Positions 10,650 to 20,517 of a stretch of DNA of 64,000 nucleotides are shown piece after piece; within the stretch, counting starts at the first letter, position 1; each line of letters starts with the position of its first letter. The stretch is from assembly GCA_041596515.1 (NCBI GenBank), contig JBFHIJ010000013.1, positions 4,579 to 68,578 of the forward strand. The letters run 5' to 3'. Position numbers and translations under genes: made by a program. The notes below the pieces were generated by a model. It saw only the letters and a list, made by a program, of their open reading frames with translations. It was not told the DNA's origin and searched no databases. This DNA comes from Chlorobiota bacterium (GTDB taxonomy: Bacteria > Bacteroidota > Ignavibacteria > Kapaibacteriales > UBA2268).

Positions 10650-13600
10650 TTAACCCAACGATCTTTGATAATTATCCATAGCCGGTTCTAATTCTTCGTT
10701 TGTATATGATTTCTTTCCAAACAAGTTATAGATTTTGTGTTTCACATCATTGTTACAAACTATAAGAGCAGGGAAGAAAATTAAAATAAATACAGTTCCA
10801 AATAGAACGCCGTAAGCCAGAGCAATAGCCATAGGTATAAGGAACTGCGCTTGGAAACTTGTTTCCAAAATCAAAGGATAAAGCCCTATAGAAGTAGTGA
10901 TAGTAGTAAGCATAATCGCTCTAAATCGAGCTAACCCGGCTTTGTGAGCAGCTTCTTCTACTTTGCTACCTTCGACAATCAAAGAATTATATTTAGATAA
11001 AAACACCACCGCATCATTTACAATTACACCGGCAAGAGCAACCATTCCCCATGCAGAAAGCATAGAAATTGGTACACCTTCTAATCCATGTCCCCATGCA
11101 GCACCCATCCATCCGATAGGCACCATACTTATAATCATAAATGACTGAATATATGACTTGAAGTGAATCATAATAATAAGTAAGATAACAAAGAATGCAA
11201 TTAGAAAGTAAAAGGCCATTTCACTGGCACTTTCTTTAGAGCTCTTCATTTGTCCCATAAATTCATACTTAACGCCCGGATATTTTGCTTGAATCATCGG
11301 CATTATATCTTTAGATATCTTCTCTAAAATAGGAGGTACATCATCATTCGGATCTTTCAAATCAGCTTCAACAGTTATCTCTTTTTGCAGATTATAACGC
11401 TTAATGCTGACCGGTCCTCGCTCGATAGTATAGTCAATTAATTCTTTCAGAGGATATTCGCCCTGTGCGGTTTTAATTCTCATATTTTCAAATTGCGTCA
11501 TAGTTTTTCTATCTTCTTTCGGATATCTCACCCAGACTCTTATTTCATCTTTACCTTCCTGCAATCTTTGAGCCTGTCCACCATAGAAGCCTTGTCTGAC
11601 TTGATTTGCTATATAATTTTGATTTAAACCAAGAGCAAAAGCTTTAGGTTTGAGTTTTATTTTGATTTCCTGCTTGCCTATAGGCGAGTTATCTGAAATG
11701 TTAGTTAGAGCTGATATGGTTTCGAGCTCTTTTTCTAATAACTCTTTTGCACGAGACATTTCTATAGAGTTTTTACTCAAAAGAGTCAAAGATACAGGCT
11801 TACCAAATCTATCAGATCCGCCTACAACAAATTTTTCGGCTTCGGGAACGTGACCAATTCTTTTGCGAACCATTTCTGCAATCTGATTGGAAGTCAGAGC
11901 ACGGTCGTCGATCTCATGGAAGTATACATTAATTGAACCAGTATGCGAACCTGATTCGGTTCCCGAAAAGGCACTTCCCATACTTAAACTAGTATATTTA
12001 ATATAAGGCAATGTGTCCCCGGTTGACTTAATAGAGTCAGCCACAGCCCATACTGTTTTTTCATAATTTTCCAGGTATTCACGAGTAATCTGCTCGCCTG
12101 TGCCCGGTTTGAATGCTATATTAATATTGAATGTATCAAACGGTATAGCAGGGAAGAAAGTAGCTCGAATAACTCCACCGAAGACCATACCAATAGTAAT
12201 AACAAATAGAGCAACGGGGATAGTTATTACAAACCATCTCCATTTAATGATTTTTTTCAGCAATCTGCCGTAAATATTTACTCTGAACATATCAATTCCT
12301 GCTTCTAACTTTCTTCTAAATTTTTGAATAGGTGTATCTTTTATGTTTTTATTGAGTACCCATTTATGAGCTAAGTGAGCAGGGAGCACAAAAAATGCTT
12401 CAAATAGAGAGAATAACAAAGAAAAAATAACTACAATCGCCATTTCCTTCATAAATTCCAAACCACCCTGAGTAATCAAAAGTACCGGAATAAATGCTAC
12501 TATAGTAGTAGATACAGAAGTAATTACTGCAGGCAACACTTCCATAGTGCCATCTACCGCAGCCTGTTTCCTTGATTTACCTCTTTCAAAATGAGTAAAT
12601 ATATTTTCACCAATAACAATACCGTCATCAACCAAAATACCAATAACCAGTATCATACCAAACAGTGATATCATATTTATTGTAACGTCGTAAAAGCTTG
12701 CAGCCATAAACATCGCAAAAAATGATGCAGGGATGCCCATTGCCACCCAGAATGAAAGCCCAAATCGAAGGAAAAATGTAAGTGAAAGCACCACTAAAAG
12801 CAAACCTATTCCACCGTTATTAACTAATAACTGCAGACGTTGCTCCAGCAATGTCATAAAGTTCCAAGTGATTTCAAGAGTCGCTTGAGGGTGTTTGATG
12901 TTAAATTCTGTAACATAATTTTCGATAAAATCTGTAATTTTACTCAAATCCTCTTCGGGAAGTTTTTCAATATTAAAAGAGATACTAGGCTTACCGTTAA
13001 GTGTAGCCCCGGTTGTAACATCAGCAAATTTAATCTTTACATCAGCAATATCTCTGATTTTAGTTAAACTACCATCCTTTTGGGCTGCTACAACAATTTC
13101 ACCCACTTTAGTCGGATTTACGCTTCTGGAGCGAGATCTGATAAGTATTTCTTCTTGAGGTGACTTGATCATACCCGCTGAAATATCTATATTATTTTGC
13201 CTTATTGCTGAAGAAATCTGATCGAAAGTTATTCCGTATCGGAGCAAGTCGTTTTCTCTTACTTCTACAGAAAGCTCAGTTGCAGGATATCCCGATACAG
13301 TAAGCTGGCTAACGATGCCGGAAGATCTGAAATCTTCTTCTACCAGATATGCTAACTTTTTGAGATGCATAAGGTCTATGTCGCCATATAAAGCCATAAA
13401 CATCGCTTTGGTAGTTGCTTTTTGCTTATAAACTATGGGTCTTTCCGCATCCACAGGGAAAGAAGAAATGCCATCGATAGAGTTTTTTACTTCCATCAAA
13501 GTTTCATCCAAATCATACTCACCGGTAGTTACTATCTGAACAGAACTGAAATTTTCTGACGAAGTAGATTTGATTTCTTTGATGCCTACGATACCACGCA

Positions 13601-13814
13601 CTGCTTCTTCAACCCTGACAGTTATGCCCTCTTCCATCTCTTTAGGAGAGGCTCCGGGATAAGCGACATTAACAAATATATTTTTAGGAGTAGTTTCAGG
13701 GAACATCGACATTTTCATAGATAGCATCGCTATCATCCCGCCAATAATCAAAGAAGCCAGAAATATATTTGCATAAAATGGGTATTTAACAAATTGCTCT
13801 ATTATCTTTCTCAT
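10650..13814 (-). CDS. RND efflux transporter permease (AcrB/AcrD/AcrF family)
   Basis: 1054 aa with YPGASPKEMEEGI, GILVDDGIVIGEN and RFRAIMLTTITT motifs. Confidence 0.95.
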   Translation of the reverse strand: MRKIIEQFVKYPFYANIFLASLIIGGMIAMLSMKMSMFPETTPKNIFVNVAYPGASPKEMEEGITVRVEEAVRGIVGIKEIKSTSSENFSSVQIVTTGEYDLDETLMEVKNSIDGISSFPVDAERPIVYKQKATTKAMFMALYGDIDLMHLKKLAYLVEEDFRSSGIVSQLTVSGYPATELSVEVRENDLLRYGITFDQISSAIRQNNIDISAGMIKSPQEEILIRSRSRSVNPTKVGEIVVAAQKDGSLTKIRDIADVKIKFADVTTGATLNGKPSISFNIEKLPEEDLSKITDFIENYVTEFNIKHPQATLEITWNFMTLLEQRLQLLVNNGGIGLLLVVLSLTFFLRFGLSFWVAMGIPASFFAMFMAASFYDVTINMISLFGMILVIGILVDDGIVIGENIFTHFERGKSRKQAAVDGTMEVLPAVITSVSTTIVAFIPVLLITQGGLEFMKEMAIVVIFSLLFSLFEAFFVLPAHLAHKWVLNKNIKDTPIQKFRRKLEAGIDMFRVNIYGRLLKKIIKWRWFVITIPVALFVITIGMVFGGVIRATFFPAIPFDTFNINIAFKPGTGEQITREYLENYEKTVWAVADSIKSTGDTLPYIKYTSLSMGSAFSGTESGSHTGSINVYFHEIDDRALTSNQIAEMVRKRIGHVPEAEKFVVGGSDRFGKPVSLTLLSKNSIEMSRAKELLEKELETISALTNISDNSPIGKQEIKIKLKPKAFALGLNQNYIANQVRQGFYGGQAQRLQEGKDEIRVWVRYPKEDRKTMTQFENMRIKTAQGEYPLKELIDYTIERGPVSIKRYNLQKEITVEADLKDPNDDVPPILEKISKDIMPMIQAKYPGVKYEFMGQMKSSKESASEMAFYFLIAFFVILLIIMIHFKSYIQSFMIISMVPIGWMGAAWGHGLEGVPISMLSAWGMVALAGVIVNDAVVFLSKYNSLIVEGSKVEEAAHKAGLARFRAIMLTTITTSIGLYPLILETSFQAQFLIPMAIALAYGVLFGTVFILIFFPALIVCNNDVKHKIYNLFGKKSYTNEELEPAMDNYQRSLG

Positions 13815-13840
13815 ATTTAAATATCATATTTTATTGGATA

Positions 13841-14968
13841 TTACTTTTTTAAAATCTCTACAGGGATATCTTCGGTTACATTGATCAAAGGCTCATTCAC
13901 TACTAATGTACCTTCCGTTAGTCCTCTGAAAAACAAAGTAGTCTCGTTATATTTTACTATATCAATTTTGGATTTTGCTAACTTCATATCTTCATTGACA
14001 AAATATACTTCATCCTGATTGAAAACTGCATTTCTCGGAAGTTTCATTACAGAGTTATAGGTAATTGCACCAAACTCAGCTTTCATGTACATCCCTTTAA
14101 ATAGGGGATCTTTGTTTTGATTTATGGTTACAAATATGCTTATTGACTGTGTCGTCGGATCTATAAATTCAGATTTTCTATTTACTGAGCCAACCCAGTT
14201 AAATTTATCATCGTCAGTGGAAACATTGACTTTTTGACCAACTCTAATTTTACGAGACAGATCATAATTAACTGCTACTTCAAGCTCTAAAATATCTGTT
14301 CTTATCATTTTAGCAAGCTTAGAGCCCATATTAACTACTGCACCTGTTTCTAAGTATACTTCATTAAAAGCACCCTTAAACGGTGCAACTAATTCATATT
14401 TAGTAAGTCTGATTTCATCACTTTGTATTGCGTAATATTCGCTTATGATATTCCTGCCGGAAAGAAAGATTTTTTCTTTACTATTTGATATTTTAGGTAA
14501 TTCAGGTAAGTCTTTATCTAATTCGATATTATTAAAAAAGGTTTCCCATGCAGGATATGAAGAGGTGAAGTCGATAAGCATATCAGGAAGCATATTTGCT
14601 AAAGTAGTTAAGTAGCGACTTTTCCTGCCTTTTAAGGCCAGTACTGCTTCTTCGGAAAAAATTCTTACCAATACCTGACCCTTCTGAAAGCTCTGACCTT
14701 TTTTAAGAGGCACATCACCCGGAAGAATTTTACCTGAAACTTCAGAAATTAAGTCTACAAAACTTCTGGATTCTAAACGCCCAGTCGATATAATCTTTGT
14801 AGTAAGTGTGTCATATTTTACCTCAGCTACAGTTACTTTTAAGAGCCTTTCAGGGGGCCTTTGTTGCTTAGGCTCCTCTTTCATGTCTGAAAAAAAATAA
14901 AAGCCTAATATGCTAAGCGATAAAGTAGCAATAATAGCCAAAATAATGGGAAACATTCGCGTTGTCAT
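13841..14968 (-). CDS. RND efflux periplasmic adaptor (membrane fusion protein)
   Basis: N-terminal anchor, SEVSGKI and LVAPFKG motifs, directly upstream of the RND permease. Confidence 0.92.
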   Translation of the reverse strand: MTTRMFPIILAIIATLSLSILGFYFFSDMKEEPKQQRPPERLLKVTVAEVKYDTLTTKIISTGRLESRSFVDLISEVSGKILPGDVPLKKGQSFQKGQVLVRIFSEEAVLALKGRKSRYLTTLANMLPDMLIDFTSSYPAWETFFNNIELDKDLPELPKISNSKEKIFLSGRNIISEYYAIQSDEIRLTKYELVAPFKGAFNEVYLETGAVVNMGSKLAKMIRTDILELEVAVNYDLSRKIRVGQKVNVSTDDDKFNWVGSVNRKSEFIDPTTQSISIFVTINQNKDPLFKGMYMKAEFGAITYNSVMKLPRNAVFNQDEVYFVNEDMKLAKSKIDIVKYNETTLFFRGLTEGTLVVNEPLINVTEDIPVEILKK

Positions 14969-15008
14969 AAATCTATCTTGCTTTAATTAGTTAAAAATAT
15001 GTTTCTGC

Positions 15009-15034
15009 TACGTGTGAAATTGTATTTTGTTTCA
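15009..15034 (-). promoter_or_regulatory. ECF sigma-type promoter TGAAAC-N16-CGTA
   Basis: Exact match to the SigW-type consensus, 40 nt upstream of the adaptor start codon. Confidence 0.6.
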
Positions 15035-15208
15035 AAATCTTGAATATTGGTAGAGACTGAATTTAAGCAAGATTGGTTTAAGAATTTTTGCAAAAATTGC
15101 TTTTTTACAAAAAACTATAGGTAAGGTAAGGATACAGAGTGGTGAGATTAGTGATATAAGCAGAGATACGGTTATGAGTACCTCTACTTATATAAATTAT
15201 TTTCAACA

Positions 15209-15889
15209 TTAGTCAAATACTATTGATTCGCCAAAGTCCATTACTTTTGCTTCTTTGCCAAGACTTTCGACTTTGCTTTTGAATATATTTGGATCTGCTT
15301 CTATAATTGGAAATGTATTGTAGTGCATTGGTATAGATAACTTAGGGTTTACAAACTCTACTGATTTAACAGCGTCGTCTATTCCCATAGTAAAATTATC
15401 TCCAATAGGCATCATATACACATCTATTGCGTTTAGCTCGCCTATTAGTTTCATATCGAGGAATATACCGGTGTCTCCTGCATGATAAACTGTTTTACCC
15501 CCCATAGTGATAACCACACCTGCAGGTTCTCCCATGTAAAGTCCATCGGTCGTGGAGCTGCCGTGATGGGCGATAGTAAACTTCAATCTGCCGAATGGAA
15601 AGTTCCAAGCACCGCCGATGTGCATGTTATGAGCTTTTACGCCGTGGGCAGCCACATAGTTTGCAAGTTCATTCACAGCAATAATCATACTGTCGTTATC
15701 TTTTGCCAGCTGGATTGCATCACCTAAATGGTCACCGTGTGCATGAGTCAGCACAATAAAGTCAGGCTTGATAGTATCTACTGGCACAGGAGCGTTAGCA
15801 TTTCCTGTAATAAAAGGATCAATAACTATGGTTTGCTCTCCATTAGAAAGCATAAAAGAGGAATGGCTCAAATATGTTAGTTTTAACAT
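15209..15889 (-). CDS. UPF0173 metal-dependent hydrolase (MBL fold); start re-called to ATG 15889
   Basis: IDPFITGN, THAHGDH, HAGDT and PMHYNTF motifs. GGAG SD before 15889. Confidence 0.9.
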   Translation of the reverse strand: MLKLTYLSHSSFMLSNGEQTIVIDPFITGNANAPVPVDTIKPDFIVLTHAHGDHLGDAIQLAKDNDSMIIAVNELANYVAAHGVKAHNMHIGGAWNFPFGRLKFTIAHHGSSTTDGLYMGEPAGVVITMGGKTVYHAGDTGIFLDMKLIGELNAIDVYMMPIGDNFTMGIDDAVKSVEFVNPKLSIPMHYNTFPIIEADPNIFKSKVESLGKEAKVMDFGESIVFD

Positions 15890-16050
15890 AAAACTTCTCC
15901 AAAATAATTCCAGATAAAATATTATTGCTTCCAAAACTTACTAAGTAATATAAAAGGCTTAAAATTTACATTAATATATTATATTATTGTTTTAAACACA
16001 AACAAATATTAGTTTAAAAGATTTCGGATATAGATAGAAAGGTATGGCGT

Positions 16051-17367
16051 ATGTTTGATCCTTACATAGTTTTGATAGGTGGGAGCGTGATGATATTATT
16101 ATCATACGTTTTTGATATAGCTTCTCGGAAGTTTAAAATCCCGTCTGTTTTATTTTTGATAGCCACAGGCATGGGGCTAAAACTATTAGCCACTTCATTT
16201 GGTATAAATCTGGATAGTCAGTTTTATAATGCTCTTGAGTTGCTTGGGATTGTCGGTTTGATAATGATAGTACTAGAAGCAGCAGTGGATTTGAAGCTGA
16301 CTAAGGAGAAGCTGGGTACTATCAAAAAATCTTTTATGATGGCTTCTCTGATTTTGATAATATCCTCCATGGCAATAGCTTTAGTAATTATGTTTTTTAG
16401 AGAAGAGCCATTTTTCAACTCACTCGTATATGCTATCCCACTTTCTGTAGTCAGTAGTGCAGTACTAATCCCAAGCGTACATAGCCTCACTCAAAATAAA
16501 AAAGAATTTATGATTTACGAAGCGACTTTTTCTGATATAATAGGCATCATGTTCTTTAATTTTGTAGTGATTCAAGAAGGTAGCATATTTTCTATACAAG
16601 GTTTGCTAATGGTTCTATTGACCATAATAGTTTCTATAGTCTTTTCCTACTTCCTTGTATATTTATTTAGCAAAATTACCAGTCAGATAAAGATTTTTAT
16701 GATGCTTGCAATTTTGGCTGCCTTGTACGGAGTTGGTAAGCAACTGCATCTTTCTTCATTGCTGATAATCTTTATTTTTGGATTAGTACTAAATAATTCT
16801 AAAATCTTTTTTAGATGGAAGCTTAAAAAATATATAAGCTTTTCTATGGTGAAAAGTATTCGTAATGAATTTCACATAATTACTGCAGAAACTGCATTTT
16901 TAGTTCGTACTTTTTTCTTTATTGCGTTTGGAATGTCAATTGATATTGTGCAGATGACGAACCCAAATGTCTTGTTAGTAGGCAGTATTATTGTTGTTAT
17001 TTTATACATTATCAGATATGTAAATTTCCGAACCTTCCTAAAAACGAATGTAATACCTGAAATATTTTTGGCTCCTCGTGGCTTGATTACAATTCTTCTT
17101 TTCTATAAAATACCAGAAATATATCAAATACAGGATTTTTCAGTTGGAATTTTATCTTTCGTTATTATAACCACAGGTTTGGTAATGATGGGAGCATTAG
17201 TGACTACTCCGTCGGCAAATATAGATTCTTTTACAATTGTAGATATTGGTGTTACACCTAATAATGATTTGCTTGTTAATGAACCTGAGGGGCCATATTG
17301 TGAGATTGGAACTGAAGACACAGAAGATATTAGTACAAAAAATAATAAAGATGTTACAGATAAATAA
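16051..17367 (+). CDS. Cation:proton antiporter (CPA family)
   Basis: About 12 TM helices with YEATFSDIIGI and APRGLITILL motifs. Confidence 0.85.
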   Translation: MFDPYIVLIGGSVMILLSYVFDIASRKFKIPSVLFLIATGMGLKLLATSFGINLDSQFYNALELLGIVGLIMIVLEAAVDLKLTKEKLGTIKKSFMMASLILIISSMAIALVIMFFREEPFFNSLVYAIPLSVVSSAVLIPSVHSLTQNKKEFMIYEATFSDIIGIMFFNFVVIQEGSIFSIQGLLMVLLTIIVSIVFSYFLVYLFSKITSQIKIFMMLAILAALYGVGKQLHLSSLLIIFIFGLVLNNSKIFFRWKLKKYISFSMVKSIRNEFHIITAETAFLVRTFFFIAFGMSIDIVQMTNPNVLLVGSIIVVILYIIRYVNFRTFLKTNVIPEIFLAPRGLITILLFYKIPEIYQIQDFSVGILSFVIITTGLVMMGALVTTPSANIDSFTIVDIGVTPNNDLLVNEPEGPYCEIGTEDTEDISTKNNKDVTDK

Positions 17368-17481
17368 ACAGTAATGTATCTGTTGAAGCTAACAAAATAC
17401 AGAAGTAGATTATTATTATTATGATTCCTTTGTAAAAAGTAAAATCATCAAAAAGAAGAGTAATACATTTGGCGGCACACC

Positions 17482-17514
17482 AAAAAAAAGAGCAGCTTGG
17501 GCTAAAGCTGCTCT
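17482..17514 (-). terminator. Orphan intrinsic terminator on the minus strand
   Basis: Perfect 10-bp stem AGAGCAGCTT/AAGCTGCTCT with a U-tract only on the minus strand, although both flanking genes are on the plus strand. Confidence 0.7.
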
Positions 17515-17888
17515 ACGTATACATTCAATCAGAGATTAGTTCAGAAATTCTATGACTGTTTTGACTCCTGTCATGCAGAGTTTATTTACTCGAAAAGAGT
17601 AAGAATAAGCACTAATGAAGCAATACATCAAGTACTTTGTATCATATAATATTACTAATAATATTATGATTTTCTCTGTTACAGAGACGGCAATTAACAA
17701 TTCTTATTTTGAACATTTCTCACAATTCTATAAAATAAAAATATATATTATGCTAACTACGTGTTACATAAGGAAAAAAAAAGTTCCTTCAAACCTTTTA
17801 TATAGTCTTATATTTTTTATATTTGCAATTGGAATTCTATAAGAACGTAGAATCAAAAAATAAAAATACTCGACAGGCGGGAAAATAG

Positions 17889-20228
17889 ATGGCTGAAAAA
17901 ATATTAGTTGTAGTGGAATCACCTGCAAAGGCAAAAACCATAAATAAATATCTTGGTAGTAAATATGTAGTCGAGGCTTCTGTTGGTCATATCAAAGATT
18001 TGGCGAAAACAAAGCTCGGTGTGGATGTTGAAAATGATTTTGAACCAAAATATATTACCATTAAGGGTAAGGGCGACGTAATCAAGAAACTTAAAGAGCG
18101 TTCTAAAAAAGCAAAAGAAGTCTTGATCGCTACAGATCCTGACCGCGAAGGTGAGGCAATTGCATGGCACTTAGCGGAAGTTATAAAAACAAATAACAAA
18201 AATATAAAAAGGGTTCTTTTCAACGAAATCACTAAAGCCGGTGTAAAAAATGCTCTGAAAGAACCAATTGAAATCAATAAAGATCTTTTTATGTCTCAGC
18301 AAGCTCGCAGAGTTCTAGATAGACTTATTGGCTTTCAGGTTTCTCCTTTTTTAAACAGAGCAATGATTGAAAAGACATCTAAGGCTCTGTCTGCCGGTAG
18401 GGTGCAGTCTGTAGCCCTTAGGCTCATCTGCGAAAGAGAAGATAAAATCAACGCATTTAAACCAATCGACTATTGGTCTATCGCAGGGATGTTTGAAAAT
18501 GATAAAAAGGACAGCTTAGAAGCTAAACTTTACTCCTATGATGATAAAGTTATAAAAAATCCAGAAGGTTCTGCGCATGCGGAAGATGAAGAAGAAAATA
18601 AAACAATTCAGGATAAACTTGCAAAACAGCATTTTATTAGAACTGAACAAGAAGCAAATGACTTGCTGGACAGAATAAAAAACTCTGAATTTACCATCAG
18701 CTCCATTGCGAAGAAGCAAGTAAAACGAAGACCATCTTCTCCATTTACTACCTCGCTTTTGCAGCAAGAGGCATCTCGTCGTTTAGGCTTTTCTAACAAA
18801 AAGACTATGGCTACTGCTCAGCGACTTTATGAAGGTATCACAATGGGAACTGACGGCTCTGTTGGTCTTATTACCTACATGAGAACCGACTCTGTAAGAA
18901 TTAGTCCTGAAGCTCAGCAGAATGCTGCTGAATATATCACAACAAAGTATGGCGAAAAATATTTACCTGAAAAGCCAAATTTCTATAAAAGCAAATCTTC
19001 CAATATTCAGGATGCACACGAAGCTATTCGTCCGACCAGTATGATTTATTCTCCTGATGAAGTAAAGAAATATGCTAACAAAGATGAAGCAAGACTTTAT
19101 GAGTTGATTTTTAACAGATTCTTAGCTTCGCAAATGGCACCAGCCATAATGGCTCAAACTACTATCTCAATCGATGGCGACAACCTTACTTTCAGAGCTT
19201 CAGGTTCCATAGTTGTTTTCAAAGGTTTCCTTGCTGCATACGGTGATATAGATAATGGTAAAAAAGATGATGGAAAACAGATTTTACCTCCTACGTTGGA
19301 AGAAGGGCAAGCTGTAGACTGTACTAAGACAGAATCTACCCACTCTCAAACTAAACCGCCTGCAAGATATAATGAAGCATCTCTTGTGAAAGAGTTGGAC
19401 GAGTTGGGTATCGGTAGACCTTCTACTTATGCACAAATTGTCAGTACTTTGATTGATAGAGAGTATGTAGAACTTATTACTAAATCCTTTGTGCCTACCG
19501 GTTTAGGTATGGATGTATGCAAAGTATTAGTCAAAAATTTCCCTACCCTATTCAACGTTGACTTTACGGCAGAAATGGAGCAGGATTTAGACGTAGTTGC
19601 CAATGGTGAATTAACTTATGTAGAGCTTATGAAGCAGTTCTACGGGCCATTTACCAAATCTCTGAAATATGCAGAGGAACATGGCGACATACCGGAAATT
19701 CCGTGCCCTGAATGCGGGGAGCCTATGATTATTAGGATTAGTCGTGGAGGCAGATTCTTAGGTTGTTCTAAATATCCGGATTGTAGAGGCACTAAGCCCC
19801 TTCCGAAAATAGAGCAGGAAATGATGGAGAAAAAAGATCCTGTTATAGCCGAAGGTATTTTCTGTGACTTATGCGGAAAGCAGATGTACATTAGAGAATC
19901 ACGTTTTGGCCGTTTCTACGGCTGCACTGACTATCCTGAGTGTAAAGGTATAAAACCTATAACAACGGGCGTGAAGTGCCCTAAATGTGGCGATGGCGAC
20001 GTTATAGAGCGCTATAGCAAAAAAGCAAGACGCAAATTCTTTGGTTGCTCCAGATATCCGGATTGTGATTATATCACAAACTACGAACCAATTGAACATG
20101 AGTGTCCTAGCTGTGGTAATCCCACTTTAGAAGTTAGATATAAAAAAGTAGAAGGCGAATACGAAAAGTCTTACAAATGTCCAGAATGCAAAGCAGACTT
20201 TAAAGAGTTAGAAGGAGACAAAAGCTAA
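17889..20228 (+). CDS. topA: DNA topoisomerase I (type IA) with C-terminal Zn ribbons
   Basis: VVESPAKAKTI, ATDPDREGE, SAGRVQS and ITYMRTDS motifs, plus repeated C4 zinc-ribbon motifs. Confidence 0.97.
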   Translation: MAEKILVVVESPAKAKTINKYLGSKYVVEASVGHIKDLAKTKLGVDVENDFEPKYITIKGKGDVIKKLKERSKKAKEVLIATDPDREGEAIAWHLAEVIKTNNKNIKRVLFNEITKAGVKNALKEPIEINKDLFMSQQARRVLDRLIGFQVSPFLNRAMIEKTSKALSAGRVQSVALRLICEREDKINAFKPIDYWSIAGMFENDKKDSLEAKLYSYDDKVIKNPEGSAHAEDEEENKTIQDKLAKQHFIRTEQEANDLLDRIKNSEFTISSIAKKQVKRRPSSPFTTSLLQQEASRRLGFSNKKTMATAQRLYEGITMGTDGSVGLITYMRTDSVRISPEAQQNAAEYITTKYGEKYLPEKPNFYKSKSSNIQDAHEAIRPTSMIYSPDEVKKYANKDEARLYELIFNRFLASQMAPAIMAQTTISIDGDNLTFRASGSIVVFKGFLAAYGDIDNGKKDDGKQILPPTLEEGQAVDCTKTESTHSQTKPPARYNEASLVKELDELGIGRPSTYAQIVSTLIDREYVELITKSFVPTGLGMDVCKVLVKNFPTLFNVDFTAEMEQDLDVVANGELTYVELMKQFYGPFTKSLKYAEEHGDIPEIPCPECGEPMIIRISRGGRFLGCSKYPDCRGTKPLPKIEQEMMEKKDPVIAEGIFCDLCGKQMYIRESRFGRFYGCTDYPECKGIKPITTGVKCPKCGDGDVIERYSKKARRKFFGCSRYPDCDYITNYEPIEHECPSCGNPTLEVRYKKVEGEYEKSYKCPECKADFKELEGDKS

Positions 20229-20251
20229 TAGCTTTTGCGGAGAATATAAAA

Positions 20252-20296
20252 AAACAAAACCGGATGACATGTTAAGCGTGTTGTCCGGTTTTGTTT
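20252..20296. terminator. Bidirectional terminator between topA and the LRR/HTH pair
   Basis: Long stem AAACAAAACCGGATGACA/TGTTGTCCGGTTTTGTTT. Confidence 0.75.
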
Positions 20297-20312
20297 ATAT
20301 GTGTATCAATAA

Positions 20313-20486
20313 TTATTTTGATTCTAAGTGAGTTTTTATTTTGTCGGCAGAAGCTTCAGAAAAGTAAGAACATCTGCCTTTTGTTTCATCAGGCTCAAGA
20401 TTTAGTTCTGTAATTGCTTTTTTTACTTTACCTTGAGAAACCCCGAGTTTATCTGCCCATTTTGCAGCAGTAAGCATTTCGCTCAT
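20313..20486 (-). CDS. Unlisted 57-aa protein, HTH-like (MSEMLTAAKWADKLGVSQGKVKKAITELNLEPDETKGRCSYFSEASADKIKTHLESK)
   Basis: Translated by hand. AGGAG SD 7 nt before the ATG. It fills the gap between the LRR gene and the terminator and has a MerR/excisionase-like HTH pattern. Confidence 0.8.
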   Translation of the reverse strand: MSEMLTAAKWADKLGVSQGKVKKAITELNLEPDETKGRCSYFSEASADKIKTHLESK

Positions 20487-20517
20487 TATAATTCTCCTAT
20501 GTTGCGTTTGCCGATGA

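Noticed and set aside
17615-17842. 75-aa ORF upstream of topA
   Set aside because: It has no SD, shows AT-rich low-information composition and overlaps the topA promoter element TATATTTG.
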